Positions 1 to 11,128 are shown, numbered from the whole stretch's first letter. The stretch is 63,610 bases of DNA, filler included, from Stramenopiles sp. TOSAG23-2 (GCA_900128395.1; 6 parts of 6 records of this genome joined end to end with filler, not necessarily neighbours in it), one strand, 5' to 3'. The notes: a model not told the origin generated them from the sequence alone. A program made the numbers and translations.

Positions 1-2
1 AC

Positions 3-90
3 AAATATATGAAAAATAAAATTGGCATTTTAGAAAACGATATATACATATTTCCTATGATGAATAGTGTTAATTATGTAGTAGTGCACA
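3..90 (+). repeat. Dispersed ~85-bp repeat, copy 1 (matches 44394-44478)
   Basis: Direct alignment AAATATATGAAAAATAAAATTGG...TAGTGCACA; by eye 4 substitutions and 3 gapped bases. Confidence 0.85.
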
Positions 91-301
91 ATATTGTATT
101 TTGTATTTCAAATGTGCAGATATATATATATAGATATGAAAAGAAGTGCGATGGAATAGAAAGAACAACAAGAAGAATTTTATGAAAATTCACAACAAGG
201 AAAAAAAACAAGAATCACAGAAATTATATTATATATATATATTTTTATATATATATTTTCAAAGAAAGATCTAAACTTTTTATATACAACGAAACGATAA
301 T

Positions 302-1249
302 ATGAACACGTTAACACCGAAATCAAGAGCGAGTAGAAAAGCTACGTATGATACAACGTTTGTGGAAAAAATGTCAAAAGTTGCTGCAATATTATTTATA
401 GTTGGTGGTATATTATCAATTATTGTACATGTAATTGAAAAAACATCGCATGAAAAATATTCATACAAAGATTATATTAAATTGGATAGTGCATTATTAT
501 ATGATATATGGAAAACAAGACGAGAATATTTAGGTTGGGAATTAATTGTTGATTTAGTGGAATTAATAGCTTGGTTTACTGTCTCAATTCCTGTATCATT
601 ATTTGCAGAAAGATTTGGAAGACATGATTCAAAAGGAAAAGTATTACAGGCTATATTTATTATCATAGCAATGTTCGAAACGATGGATATGACTATGACA
701 GCTGGTTCAGTCAGTACTGCTGATTGGATAGCTAGTTGGCCACCACTTGCAAATAAAGAAACGGTAACAAATCATACGAACGATGGTGGTTTTGGTGCAA
801 TTCAATCGTTAGAAATAAGTTATAGGATGTCACAATCTAGGCGTGTATGGTTAAATGCAATTGATTCATTATTTTTATGTTGTGGATTTTATATAATGGG
901 TAAATTAATTAAACATCATGCAGTTTATTTAAACAATACCAGATTAGGTATTTATTGTTTATTTTTATCGATTGTAACCATGGTTGAATTTTTAATTAGT
1001 GGATTACGATATGCAAATTGGAGAGTATTTATGATATTAGAAATTATTATACAACTTGTTATCCGACTTATTTTATTTCCAATTTGGTTATGGTGGTTAT
1101 CAAAATTAATATCAGATACACATTTTGTATTTGGTAATAATGATGATAGTAGTAATATGATGTTAAATGGTAGTAATAATGGTAATAATAGGAGTAGTGA
1201 ATTACGTGAAATTGATTTGGAAGAAATGGAAGAAGGGGACGAGTTGTGA
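302..1249 (+). CDS. Uncharacterised multi-pass membrane protein (315 aa)
   Basis: Clean ORF with about 6 hydrophobic segments and an Asn/acidic tail; no family recognised. Confidence 0.75.
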   Translation: MNTLTPKSRASRKATYDTTFVEKMSKVAAILFIVGGILSIIVHVIEKTSHEKYSYKDYIKLDSALLYDIWKTRREYLGWELIVDLVELIAWFTVSIPVSLFAERFGRHDSKGKVLQAIFIIIAMFETMDMTMTAGSVSTADWIASWPPLANKETVTNHTNDGGFGAIQSLEISYRMSQSRRVWLNAIDSLFLCCGFYIMGKLIKHHAVYLNNTRLGIYCLFLSIVTMVEFLISGLRYANWRVFMILEIIIQLVIRLILFPIWLWWLSKLISDTHFVFGNNDDSSNMMLNGSNNGNNRSSELREIDLEEMEEGDEL

Positions 1250-1574
1250 AAAAATTATGTGGTGGTGTGGTCTGGGGTTGTACAAATTATAATGAGTATG
1301 ATTATCTGAAAGAAGAGAGTTTTAAATATCATACGAAGTTCGTGGTATGCATAATTAAAGGAATATAAATTCTTGTGTGTCTGTTTTATCATATGTTTTA
1401 TCATATAAAAATAATATATTTTATAAAAACATAAAAAATTGATTTTTTAGAAAATCTTGTACGAACAGTACATGATATGTGGCGTGTCAAAATATTCATT
1501 ATACCCTCTAGTTGTGTACAGACTAATATCTTGATACATCGTACAAATTCGTTTGTGTTAATTTGTGTTTACTA

Positions 1575-2050
1575 TCATACTAATACTTGTTCGTATCCAT
1601 TACACCAGTATATTTGCCCCACAATGGCATTTTGATCATCTTCATCACTGTCGTCGTCTTCATCTTCATCACTAGATGAATTTACACTTAATGCATCATC
1701 TATGACAGTAGCATCTTCTTCAATTATTTGTTTTTGTCTTGGCATATTTTCATTGCTTCCTCCTGTATCATCCAAATTCGTTCCATTTGATTCTGGTGAT
1801 GATGGAGTTCGTTCTTTCGCTTTTGGTGGTGGTAAATACGATGTCACTTCCACGTTAGTCACTCGTTTTGCTTGGAATTTACGGCTGTTCCATCGATTGC
1901 TTACTGCATTTTGACTACGCCCAGGTAATAATTTTGCAATTTCACACCAACGATTTCCCATTCTATTTTGCAATTCAATTAAAATTTTATCTTCCTCCTC
2001 CGACCATGCGCCTTTTTTAATTCGAGGGTCGAGATTATTAAGCCATCTAT
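1575..2050 (-). CDS. 5'-truncated Myb paralog: R3 repeat plus acidic tail
   Basis: [55 protein letters not shown]; 1865-2048 aligns to 9212-9404; upstream of ~2050 the ORF is antisense of the next gene. Confidence 0.75.
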
Positions 2051-2061
2051 CCGCGCGAAAA

Positions 2062-3276
2062 ATGGTTGTGCCAGGTGATTTGAAAAATTTAAAATGCAAC
2101 CATATAAAAAAAACAAAACAAGGTGTAAAAACGAGCTTAATTGCCAATGTTGTGTTGACTGAGACTGCTAGTGTTACCCGTACTGCGCCGTTGACAATCA
2201 CACTATCTAGTGGTACACCAAGTCCATTGCCTGAAGTTGGGGATCATATTCGAATTGAAGGTCAAATTAGAACATTTGTTCGCGTGGCAAACGCAGGGGG
2301 TGTATATACAATCTATGTAAATCTTCCATTTGAGGAAACACACCTTTCAACAATAACACATCTATTCCCACTATTAACACCAATACACAGAATTGGAAAT
2401 AGTGCTCAACATGCGAATGCTATGACATCGTGCGTAGTCAGTGATCGTAGACATTTACAATTGACTAAATCTGCACCATGTACAAGGACACCTGGTAGCA
2501 CACGACAAGCACATGGTTGGAGTATGTGCATGGGTATGCTTGTTGGTGGCGATGCAGTAAATAGGCCAGATCAATATGGAAGAGAAGTTACTCCATATGC
2601 CTCATTAGCGTCAGTGACTGATTTCGTCATGGATGAACGTGAAGTTGAAATAGGTGATCGAATCTCTCTTAGAACTGGTGCTGGAAAATGGGAAACAAGA
2701 ACGGTTGATTCAGTTACGTACTCAACTACAGATGCAAAATTAATCACCGGTTTTGTCGTATCAGAACCATTTGAAGAAGCAGTTGAACGTAAAGTTGTTT
2801 CTTACTCTTGCTCAAGTACAACAAATGCATATGCAGTATACACGGAGAATAAATATTATAGCAATGATGGAAAATTATCTTTAAGAGATGGAAGTTCATT
2901 TAATAATAGATATTATACAAAAGGTAGTTACAATACGTATACGGAATCTATATTTAATTTGCATTTAAGGGCAGATGATTATTTATATTACTCATGTTCC
3001 AGTAGTAGTAGTTATAAAGGTTTGGTACAAATTAAACGGGTTATGGCAACTCAAAAAATTATTGAATTTTATTCAGACATGAAACCAGTTGCAAATCATA
3101 TCTCTGGTACTTGCACATTTACCGTCGTTTACAATGCTGAAAATAAAGGAAAAGGTACGATGGAGTCTAATGAATGCAGTGGACGTGGATTATGTGATCG
3201 TGCAGATGGTCTATGTAAATGTTTTAAAAGTTATATGGGTCATGATTGCTCTCAACAAAATTCTTTGAGTTTTTAA
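2062..3276 (+). CDS. C-terminal part of an EGF-repeat protein of the SIG1/Ocm1 tubular mastigoneme-like family
   Basis: Ends in [40 protein letters not shown], resembling the terminal EGF motif of stramenopile mastigoneme/SIG proteins; no signal peptide, so probably 5'-truncated. Confidence 0.6.
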   Translation: MVVPGDLKNLKCNHIKKTKQGVKTSLIANVVLTETASVTRTAPLTITLSSGTPSPLPEVGDHIRIEGQIRTFVRVANAGGVYTIYVNLPFEETHLSTITHLFPLLTPIHRIGNSAQHANAMTSCVVSDRRHLQLTKSAPCTRTPGSTRQAHGWSMCMGMLVGGDAVNRPDQYGREVTPYASLASVTDFVMDEREVEIGDRISLRTGAGKWETRTVDSVTYSTTDAKLITGFVVSEPFEEAVERKVVSYSCSSTTNAYAVYTENKYYSNDGKLSLRDGSSFNNRYYTKGSYNTYTESIFNLHLRADDYLYYSCSSSSSYKGLVQIKRVMATQKIIEFYSDMKPVANHISGTCTFTVVYNAENKGKGTMESNECSGRGLCDRADGLCKCFKSYMGHDCSQQNSLSF

Positions 3277-3729
3277 CCTTACATAATACAAATATATTTA
3301 CGTATTTTAGACGTTATGTGTGGCGGTAAACATGAACATATGATATCATTAAGCGGTTATTTAATCGTATGCATATGCTACATGATATAATATAATGCAT
3401 ATTATATCATATATATGTATATATATGTGTGTATAGAATGTACGGGAGATAAAAAGTATGCATACATTTTTTTTACGAAGAGTATGATTAATTTAATTTA
3501 TACGTGCATAATAGTATATCTAGTGTATGATAAAATAAAAATAAAAAATAAAAACTAAAAAATGAAAAACAAATTAAATGCGCGGTATGATATGTGTGTT
3601 ACGTGTGATGTATCATACACATTTTTATTAATAATTTTTTAATCTAATGTAATAAAAATACGCGTTCAACGTAGTATTTTTATATACGAGTATTTTTTAC
3701 AAAACACAAATATATTTACTCGCTACACG

Positions 3730-4623
3730 CTACACACTGGTCCATCCACCATCCACAGCAATATCTTGTCCAGTTAATTGTTCAGCATTATCAGAACATA
3801 AAAATGAACATAAACCACCCAATTGTTCAACAGTAACGAAATTTTCACTTGGAACTTTTTCACGCAGTAAATCTTTACCTGCTTCTTCAAATGTAATATT
3901 TTTATTATCAGCAATTACATCAATTTGTGCAGCAACCAGTGGGGTTAATACAAAACCTGGGCAAATAGCATTACATGTAATATTTGTATCTTTTGCTGTT
4001 TCCAAAGCAATTGTTTTAGTTAAACCAACAACACCATGCTTACTAGCAACATATGCAGATTTATTGACACTTGCTACTTTTCCATGTGTTGATGCAATAT
4101 TTATTATTCGACCATATTCTTTTTCTCTCATATCATTTAAAACATATTTTGTTGTATAAAAATTAGATGTTAAATTCAATTGTATGACTTTTTCAAAAAT
4201 ATCTTCATCGAAACTTTCAATTGGTGATACATGTTGCATACCACAATTGTTCACCAGTATATCAACTGATGTACCAAACGTAGATTTAATATCATTTTCA
4301 ATCATATCTTTTATTTCATGTCGGTTTAACATATTAGCACCATTATACATTACTGGAACGTTGTATTTCTTTTCCATTGATGTTACAATTTCGTCAATAT
4401 TTTCGCCAAATCCGTTCAAGCAAATGGAACACCCATTTTCAGCTAGTGCCTCTGCAATTCCTAATCCAATGCCCGAAGTCGACCCTGTAACCAATGCTAC
4501 TTTATTTGCTAATGTTTTGGTAAGATTATTCGTTGTTGTTACATCAGTCACTATATTTGTTGAAAATAAACGCCGTGGGCGGTGGTAACGATATAATAGA
4601 AATTGTTTGACGATAGACTTCAT
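3730..4623 (-). CDS. bdhA: 3-hydroxybutyrate dehydrogenase (bacterial-type SDR) with probable mitochondrial presequence
   Basis: TGSTSGIG, ILVNNCGMQHVSPIESF, STHGKVASVNKSAYVASKHG, DGGW; Arg-rich acid-free N-terminus. Confidence 0.9.
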   Translation of the reverse strand: MKSIVKQFLLYRYHRPRRLFSTNIVTDVTTTNNLTKTLANKVALVTGSTSGIGLGIAEALAENGCSICLNGFGENIDEIVTSMEKKYNVPVMYNGANMLNRHEIKDMIENDIKSTFGTSVDILVNNCGMQHVSPIESFDEDIFEKVIQLNLTSNFYTTKYVLNDMREKEYGRIINIASTHGKVASVNKSAYVASKHGVVGLTKTIALETAKDTNITCNAICPGFVLTPLVAAQIDVIADNKNITFEEAGKDLLREKVPSENFVTVEQLGGLCSFLCSDNAEQLTGQDIAVDGGWTSV

Positions 4624-5075
4624 ATATACTTTAATATTTTAACATGTATTTGTATCTATGTATCTGTTCCATCTGAAATTTCTTTCTTCTAATATATCAT
4701 TTTCTTTTTGTTCGATTATTGATTATTCGGAAATTATTGGTTGTTGTTTGTTGTTGATGATTTTTTAGAGATTGGTGATGAGATTAAAAATCTACAATAT
4801 TATTATATGCATAGCATTAGGACATGGACACAGCAGAGAAACACTGATATTTATTTACACTAAAAAAGGACGTGTGCCGCCTTCTTCATCAGCAATTATT
4901 CGGAAATAAATAAAAAAGTAATTATAGTAATTAAATAAGTAAATTTCAGAGTAACCTTTTTTTTCACAAACTTTGACAGCATGAACCTCCTGTTTTGTTG
5001 AGGGTCACCACCACCCATGATGATTTGCTGCAACCAACCTGAATTCAAGTCATTGTTCATATTAACAAGAACAAC

Positions 5076-5843
5076 ATGTCGAGAGCAGATCCAGTAGTTA
5101 AATTAATATTATTAGGAAATGGTTCCGTAGGGAAAACATCGATTATTTCAAGATTTACGGATGATGGGTTTGCAAAAGTATATAAACAAACGGTTGGTTT
5201 GGATTTTTTTGAAAAGTTAGTAACGTTACGTGGGGAGAAACGTGCAAAATTGCAAATATGGGATATAGGTGGGCAGAGCATCGGTAGTAAAATGTTAGGT
5301 AAATATGTATATGGTTCCGATGTTGTCTTTTTATGTTATGATGTTACAGATGAGAAATCGTTTTCAGATGTGGAAGATTGGTTACGAATGGTAACCACCA
5401 CCTTTGAAACACAACGTGATACAAATGGTGGTAAAAAAAAACCACCTCAAATATATTTATGTGGTAATAAAATTGATTTGGAACATTTAAGAAAAGTAAG
5501 GGAAGGACAACATGATAATTTCATTGATGATAATAAATTAAATGGTGGTTTTTTTACATCTGCACAAAGTGGTGATAATGTTACAACTGTATTTTACGAT
5601 GCAGCTGCTAAAGCAGTTGGTATTAAATTATCAGCATATGAATTGGAATTTACGAAAAAAGTGTTAGCAGTAACTGTAACAAAAGATAATAATAATAATA
5701 ATGGTGGTGGAAGTTACAATGACGATCAAAGCAAACAAATAGAAGAGGAAGATATGAAACATGGTAATTTTCAAGATTTTTTAGCACAAGCAGCTGCTGA
5801 GGAAGAGAAGAAAAAGAAAAAGAAAAAATGTTGTATTCTTTAG
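5076..5843 (+). CDS. RAB28: Rab GTPase Rab28
   Basis: GNGSVGKTS, YKQTVGLDFF, WDIGGQSIGSKML, NKID, polybasic tail plus CCIL CaaX. Confidence 0.9.
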   Translation: MSRADPVVKLILLGNGSVGKTSIISRFTDDGFAKVYKQTVGLDFFEKLVTLRGEKRAKLQIWDIGGQSIGSKMLGKYVYGSDVVFLCYDVTDEKSFSDVEDWLRMVTTTFETQRDTNGGKKKPPQIYLCGNKIDLEHLRKVREGQHDNFIDDNKLNGGFFTSAQSGDNVTTVFYDAAAKAVGIKLSAYELEFTKKVLAVTVTKDNNNNNGGGSYNDDQSKQIEEEDMKHGNFQDFLAQAAAEEEKKKKKKKCCIL

Positions 5844-6220
5844 AAAGAAAAAACTGGTGTGTCTTTAACAACAAATAACATATATATGCATATGATAACA
5901 TATATAAAAAATTCTCTCTTATTTATAAGAGTTTATAACATAATATATAATATATATAATATTAATATTATATTGTACAAATGTATAATATTGGATATGG
6001 CACCTATGATATAATTTAATGCACCTATGATATATATATGATATCATATCATAGTATATATTTTTATCACAAAATATTTATCTTTTTTTTAAAAAAAAAA
6101 GATAAAATTTTATCATTTTTTACCCTCTCTCTTGTTCTTAGTTTCCTTTAAAAACATTGTTTTATTAATTTTTTAAACGACTGGACTACTGGTTCTTTTA
6201 GTCTTTTTAATTTGTTTTTT

Positions 6221-7210
6221 TTAATTCGTTTTTAATTTTTTAAACGCTGGTTCTTCTTCTTCTTCTTCTTCTTCCTCTTCCGATTCTTCTTCACTTTCTT
6301 CTTCCGATTCTTCTTCTTCCTCTTCCGATTCTTCTTCACTTTCATTCTTATCATGATCAGTTTGCTCATTTTGTTCATTTGGTGTTGTTGTTGTTGAATC
6401 ACTTGTTTTTATTTGAATATCCATATCCTTTCCATTGGCATGATTTCTTATATTATTATTATTATTGTCCATTGGGTTTACATTGCTGCTACTACTGCTT
6501 CCATTATTGTTATTGTTATTGGTACTCTTCTTTTTTGTTGCATGTAATAATGTTAATTGTCTTGCACGTGCAGCAAATTTTTTTGGATTGGTTTTGTACA
6601 AATTGGTAATATCAGGCATAAGTCCATCATCCGCATTTGGTGTAGCAATTAACAAACGAATTGTAGTTAATAGAGTTGACAAATTTACAGAAGGTCTCCA
6701 TGACCCTTTTGGTGGCATTTTTAATGTATCTAAGCATATACGTCCACCGCTATCAATATTTGGATGATATATCGGTGTTTCAAATTGTACTTTAGGTGGT
6801 TCAAATGGATATCTATCAGGTACTACAACTGTTAAATCCCACGTTCCGCCTTCAAATGGTGTACCTTCTGGACCTCGAATTTGTGCAGCAATAACATTCG
6901 TTCGATCACCTTTTGGCCATGCACATATACCATGCGGTGGTTCTAACGTTAACATTTTCAACTCGCGTTGCATTCTTAAAACCATTGTTTTGTTTGCCGT
7001 TGCAAAATTTTGTTTAGCAGATGTTTCAAGTACTTTTTTTGAATCATTATTATTATTGTCAATAGTACTTTTTTTTGTCGTCGTCGTCGTTGTCGTTGTG
7101 GTTGTAGTTGTTGCTCCGTTATTTTTATTATTATTATTATTCATAGTTGTTGTGGTAATATTTTCTGCATTAGACGATGATGATGATGCCGATTGTACCA
7201 ATGATGACAT
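6221..7210 (-). CDS. UBE2T: Ubiquitin-conjugating enzyme E2 T
   Basis: YHPNIDSGGRICLDTLKMPPKGSWRPS is the UBE2T/UBC37-type signature; low-complexity N- and C-terminal extensions. Confidence 0.85.
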   Translation of the reverse strand: MSSLVQSASSSSSNAENITTTTMNNNNNKNNGATTTTTTTTTTTTKKSTIDNNNNDSKKVLETSAKQNFATANKTMVLRMQRELKMLTLEPPHGICAWPKGDRTNVIAAQIRGPEGTPFEGGTWDLTVVVPDRYPFEPPKVQFETPIYHPNIDSGGRICLDTLKMPPKGSWRPSVNLSTLLTTIRLLIATPNADDGLMPDITNLYKTNPKKFAARARQLTLLHATKKKSTNNNNNNGSSSSSNVNPMDNNNNNIRNHANGKDMDIQIKTSDSTTTTPNEQNEQTDHDKNESEEESEEEEEESEEESEEESEEEEEEEEEEPAFKKLKTN

Positions 7211-7940
7211 AATTATGTTGTTTACTTGATGTTTTTTTTGTTTCTTCTTATAAATTTCAAATATATAAACACAGTGTTACGTCAAACGTTTTGATTATAA
7301 CGACCTTATGTAATTAATAAAAATATATAAAATACTTTATCAACCTGTACACAAATGAATATATAATATACAAAGAGAAAACAATAAATCCTCGTGAATT
7401 ATGAATGGTTTCAATACTGTTTTATAAAGCGTAAAAAGGTAGTAAGAAATACGGTTTTATTCATATATACATATATATTTGACATCTCCTACATAACTTT
7501 GTGTGAATGAATTTTTATTATTATTTTCAAAAATTAAAAATTATAATTTATATGTAGTTAGTGGTGTGTACCTACTAATAATAAATGAAATTTTAAAATA
7601 TTAATATAATTAATAATTATTTTTCATTTTTATTATTTTAATTTTTCTCTCCTTCTCTCGTATGTATGATATGTCTTCTTTTTTGTGAAGCATCTTTTGT
7701 CTTGTTCTTGTTTGTTATATGTTCAATGTTTTACTATATATATATACATTATATTTTTAATTATTTTTTTTCTTTTTTGTCGTTTTATATATATATATAT
7801 ACGTATATATACAAATCGTATATATTATATAATTAATATCATATATGTTTTTATTATAAATGTATATAAATATGGTACGATATTTAAAAAAACAGAGGCA
7901 AACGGGTGTGTTGTGATGGAAGGGAGACACATAACGAAAT

Positions 7941-10121
7941 TCATTTCCGACGTGATTTAGTTTCATTGTTTGATAATATTTCATCTTTCAATCTATTTTT
8001 TTCAGATTGGCTTATATTACCTTTTTTAAATTCCATAGATATTTCAGCTAATTTTTGTGCAGTTGGAGACATCAATGGCATATCTTCCGCGTTAAAATCA
8101 ATACTTGAAGAACCAAGTTCCAATCTCATTCCACGTTTTTTCAATGGCTTCATACTATCATCTTGTTTCAATGGAAGTATTGGTACATCGACATGGCCAC
8201 CATCGAATCTATTTGACAAATCACCTAAATCACCCATTGACATGGAATTTGAATTATCTTTGCTTTCATCCAATGACATCCCGAGCAATGATAATGACAT
8301 ATCTTGAACATCTTGTGAATTTAATGCTTGGTCGATTGAACCTAAACCCCATGAATCTGCTTGTGATTTACCATTTTTATTACTGTTGCTGTTGTTGTTG
8401 TTATTATTACTAATATTAACATTGGATGAATGATTATCAGATACTAAAAATTTGTCCACCGATCCATTGCCATTGCTAACACCGGCACCATCAATGCTAA
8501 ATGCACCAATGGATGGTATATGTTCTAAGCTAACATTTGTCATATCTTCATCCGTTGGCCAATCCCATGTTAAATTTTGACCACCAAAACCACCAGCTTC
8601 TGCTGCACCTGCTAAAAATGCTTGTTGCATCAATTGTTTCTCACGATCGGTTAAGCTACCATCTTTACCACCATCACGTTGTTCTTGTGCCAATTTTTGC
8701 TCTCGTAATTGCTGGTCACGTAATAATTGATGTTGTTGTTGCAACATTTGCATTTCATTCCCATTCGCACTTCCACCACGTTGTAATAATTTTTCCAACG
8801 CACGTCGATGATCGGAATTTGGACGTACTAAACCTTGTGGTGGGTAGGAAAAGTTCATCCCTGGATCCAATGGTACAGCAGTAGTGCCACTATCATCCAA
8901 GATCAATGGTGCATCTAAATCAAAATCACCACCTAAACGGTTATGAGGGGCATTTGGACCTAAACTAATTAAATTTTTTTGACGTCTCGCAACTTCATCA
9001 AATTCCGGGGAATCCCATTGGACTTTATCGTTTTTCTGCTTTGTTTTTTTCGATTTACGTGGTTTCCTCGGCGTTTTCTTCGTTGTTTTATCATTGTTTT
9101 TTTTATTTTTGTTTGGATTTAAACTGGAACCTTTGGAATCTTTTTTATTTTTTGAACGGTTACGTCTTTTTGCTGGTGATGGAGGATTGATATTCCCATC
9201 AACTAATGCTTGTTTTGCTTGGAATTTACGACGCATGGCACTATTCCATCGATTTTTCACTGCATTTTCACTACGCCCAGGTAATAATTTTGCAATTTCA
9301 CACCAACGATTTCCCATTCTATTTTGCGATTCAATTAAAATTTTATCTTCCTCCTCCGACCATGCGCCTTTTTTAATTCGAGGGTCGAGATGATTAAACC
9401 ATCTTTCACGGCATTGTTTTCCAATCCGACCTGGGATACGTTCAGCAATTTCACTCCATTTCGTTACGCCTAATTTTATACAATCGATGATAATTTTGTC
9501 TTCATCTTTTGTCCATGGACCTTTGACTAGACCAGGTCGTAATACTTTTTGCCAACGATGTAAACATTGAACATCACTACGTTTACCTTGTAGAAATTCA
9601 GTAGAGATACGTCTCCAATTTTTTGGACCAATCGCTTCAACTGCTTTTCGCAATTGTTCATCTTCATCTTTAGACCAACGGCCACCACCACTAGTTGTAG
9701 TACTTCCACCCTCCTTCACTTTTCTCCTACGTGGTGCTTTTTTCAATTCAGTTGGAACATTTGTACCATTTTTATCCTTTGATTTCGAGGAACCAGATTT
9801 ACTATTTGTACTACCTGGTGCAGTTCTTGTCCAATTCACACCACCACTTGGTTGTGAATTTGGTACGTTTCCATATTTACTTAAAAATGCTTTTTGGTAA
9901 CTTGTAAGTTCAGAGCTATTATCGTTGCTTTTGCTACCGGCAGAATTATTGTTTGCATCATCTGTTTTGACTTCTACATCGAATCGAGGTGTTTTTTTAT
10001 TTACAACACGTTTTTTATCTTGATGATCAATAGATGATGATAAGTCCGACTCGTCATCTCGTGCTCGTGAACTACGTTTTGCAACTGGCCTACGTGGTGA
10101 TGGATCCACATATGATGACAT
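7941..10121 (-). CDS. MYB3R: Three-repeat (R1R2R3) Myb transcription factor
   Basis: Three tandem Myb repeats: RWSKDED...[19 protein letters not shown]...[21 protein letters not shown]...NAVKNRWNS. Confidence 0.92.
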   Translation of the reverse strand: MSSYVDPSPRRPVAKRSSRARDDESDLSSSIDHQDKKRVVNKKTPRFDVEVKTDDANNNSAGSKSNDNSSELTSYQKAFLSKYGNVPNSQPSGGVNWTRTAPGSTNSKSGSSKSKDKNGTNVPTELKKAPRRRKVKEGGSTTTSGGGRWSKDEDEQLRKAVEAIGPKNWRRISTEFLQGKRSDVQCLHRWQKVLRPGLVKGPWTKDEDKIIIDCIKLGVTKWSEIAERIPGRIGKQCRERWFNHLDPRIKKGAWSEEEDKILIESQNRMGNRWCEIAKLLPGRSENAVKNRWNSAMRRKFQAKQALVDGNINPPSPAKRRNRSKNKKDSKGSSLNPNKNKKNNDKTTKKTPRKPRKSKKTKQKNDKVQWDSPEFDEVARRQKNLISLGPNAPHNRLGGDFDLDAPLILDDSGTTAVPLDPGMNFSYPPQGLVRPNSDHRRALEKLLQRGGSANGNEMQMLQQQHQLLRDQQLREQKLAQEQRDGGKDGSLTDREKQLMQQAFLAGAAEAGGFGGQNLTWDWPTDEDMTNVSLEHIPSIGAFSIDGAGVSNGNGSVDKFLVSDNHSSNVNISNNNNNNSNSNKNGKSQADSWGLGSIDQALNSQDVQDMSLSLLGMSLDESKDNSNSMSMGDLGDLSNRFDGGHVDVPILPLKQDDSMKPLKKRGMRLELGSSSIDFNAEDMPLMSPTAQKLAEISMEFKKGNISQSEKNRLKDEILSNNETKSRRK

Positions 10122-11028
10122 GATTTTATATATTATGTATATATATATATATATTGTGACTATGTACGTTTATAATATTTTTTTAATATGTATATATATA
10201 TATTAATTAAAATTGACGTCAATGATTAGTATATATTGTGAATATGTTTTATACAATATTATATTAAGCTTAACAAATCTAACTTTGGCCAGGCGTTACA
10301 GATAAATATAATATATATTGAGAGCGTAATTGATGTTGAAATGTATGTATGTATAATCTTATAATCAAAAACAGTTTTACAAATGTATCTGTTTTTAGAA
10401 ACTATAAATGATATAAACAAAAATATTAAAGCAGAATAAACAGTAGTAACACCGACTTTAAAGGTTAAGCTACAGTTGCAATGTGTTTGAATAGATTCTA
10501 CATCTGTACACATATATAAGTTTCTTCATTGACTAATGATGTTTTTGAAATCTTGAAAAGTTGCTTATGCTGTACTCAACATATACTAAAACAGATCAAT
10601 TACCTATACCTAGACCCACCTTTCCTCCTGGTCCGTTTTTGAAATTAATTTTTTTGATTCGGTTTGCTCTACTTTTGTGCAACACGCTGATTGGGGGAAA
10701 GAAATATCCGATAACGAAGAAGATGTATATTGTTACACTACAAAAAAGGTACTAAATAACCTAAAACCTTTCTATATGATTATAACATTTATAAATAAAT
10801 CATACCTATATTACTATTATATCATACCAGCATATATAATAATGTTGATTTTTTTTCTTTCCTACATATTTCCAATGCAGATTTGCATTAATTGATATTT
10901 TAGTATCCAACCGATATCCCCTTATTAATCCTGTACCTGTGATGACGATTTTTCGATTGAATATAATTTCAATACCAGGCACCCAGGTTACTCTGGTCCA
11001 GAACGCCAACATCCATTATGAATAAAAT

Positions 11029-11128
11029 NNNNNNNNNNNNNNNNNNNNNNNNNNNNNNNNNNNNNNNNNNNNTTAATTAATTAANNNNNNNNNNNNNNNN
11101 NNNNNNNNNNNNNNNNNNNNNNNNNNNN
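11029..11128. other. Artificial contig linker (N44-TTAATTAATTAA-N44); also at 22152-22251, 33247-33346, 44294-44393 and 55331-55430
   Basis: Identical 100-nt spacers with stops in all six frames; flanking contigs decrease in length (11023, 10995, 10947, 10937). Confidence 0.97.

Noticed and set aside
4975..5060. ATGATGA...CTGA plus a small hairpin upstream of RAB28 (C/D snoRNA-like)
   Set aside because: The boxes are only ~15 nt apart with no terminal stem; too short for a C/D snoRNA.
7685..7984. Ile/Tyr/Phe-rich small ORFs here and in other spacers, and antisense ORFs inside genes
   Set aside because: Products of (AT)n, (AAT)n and (TTG)n low complexity, or reverse frames of real CDSs.
10230..11028. 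Short ORFs upstream of the Myb gene
   Set aside because: No recognisable motifs and frequent stops; could be a degenerate repeat, but I cannot support a call.
11029..11128. TTAATTAATTAA flanked by Ns, repeated five times at ~11-kb spacing
   Set aside because: Artificial concatenation linker. The regular spacing reflects length-sorted contigs, so no synteny can be inferred across linkers.
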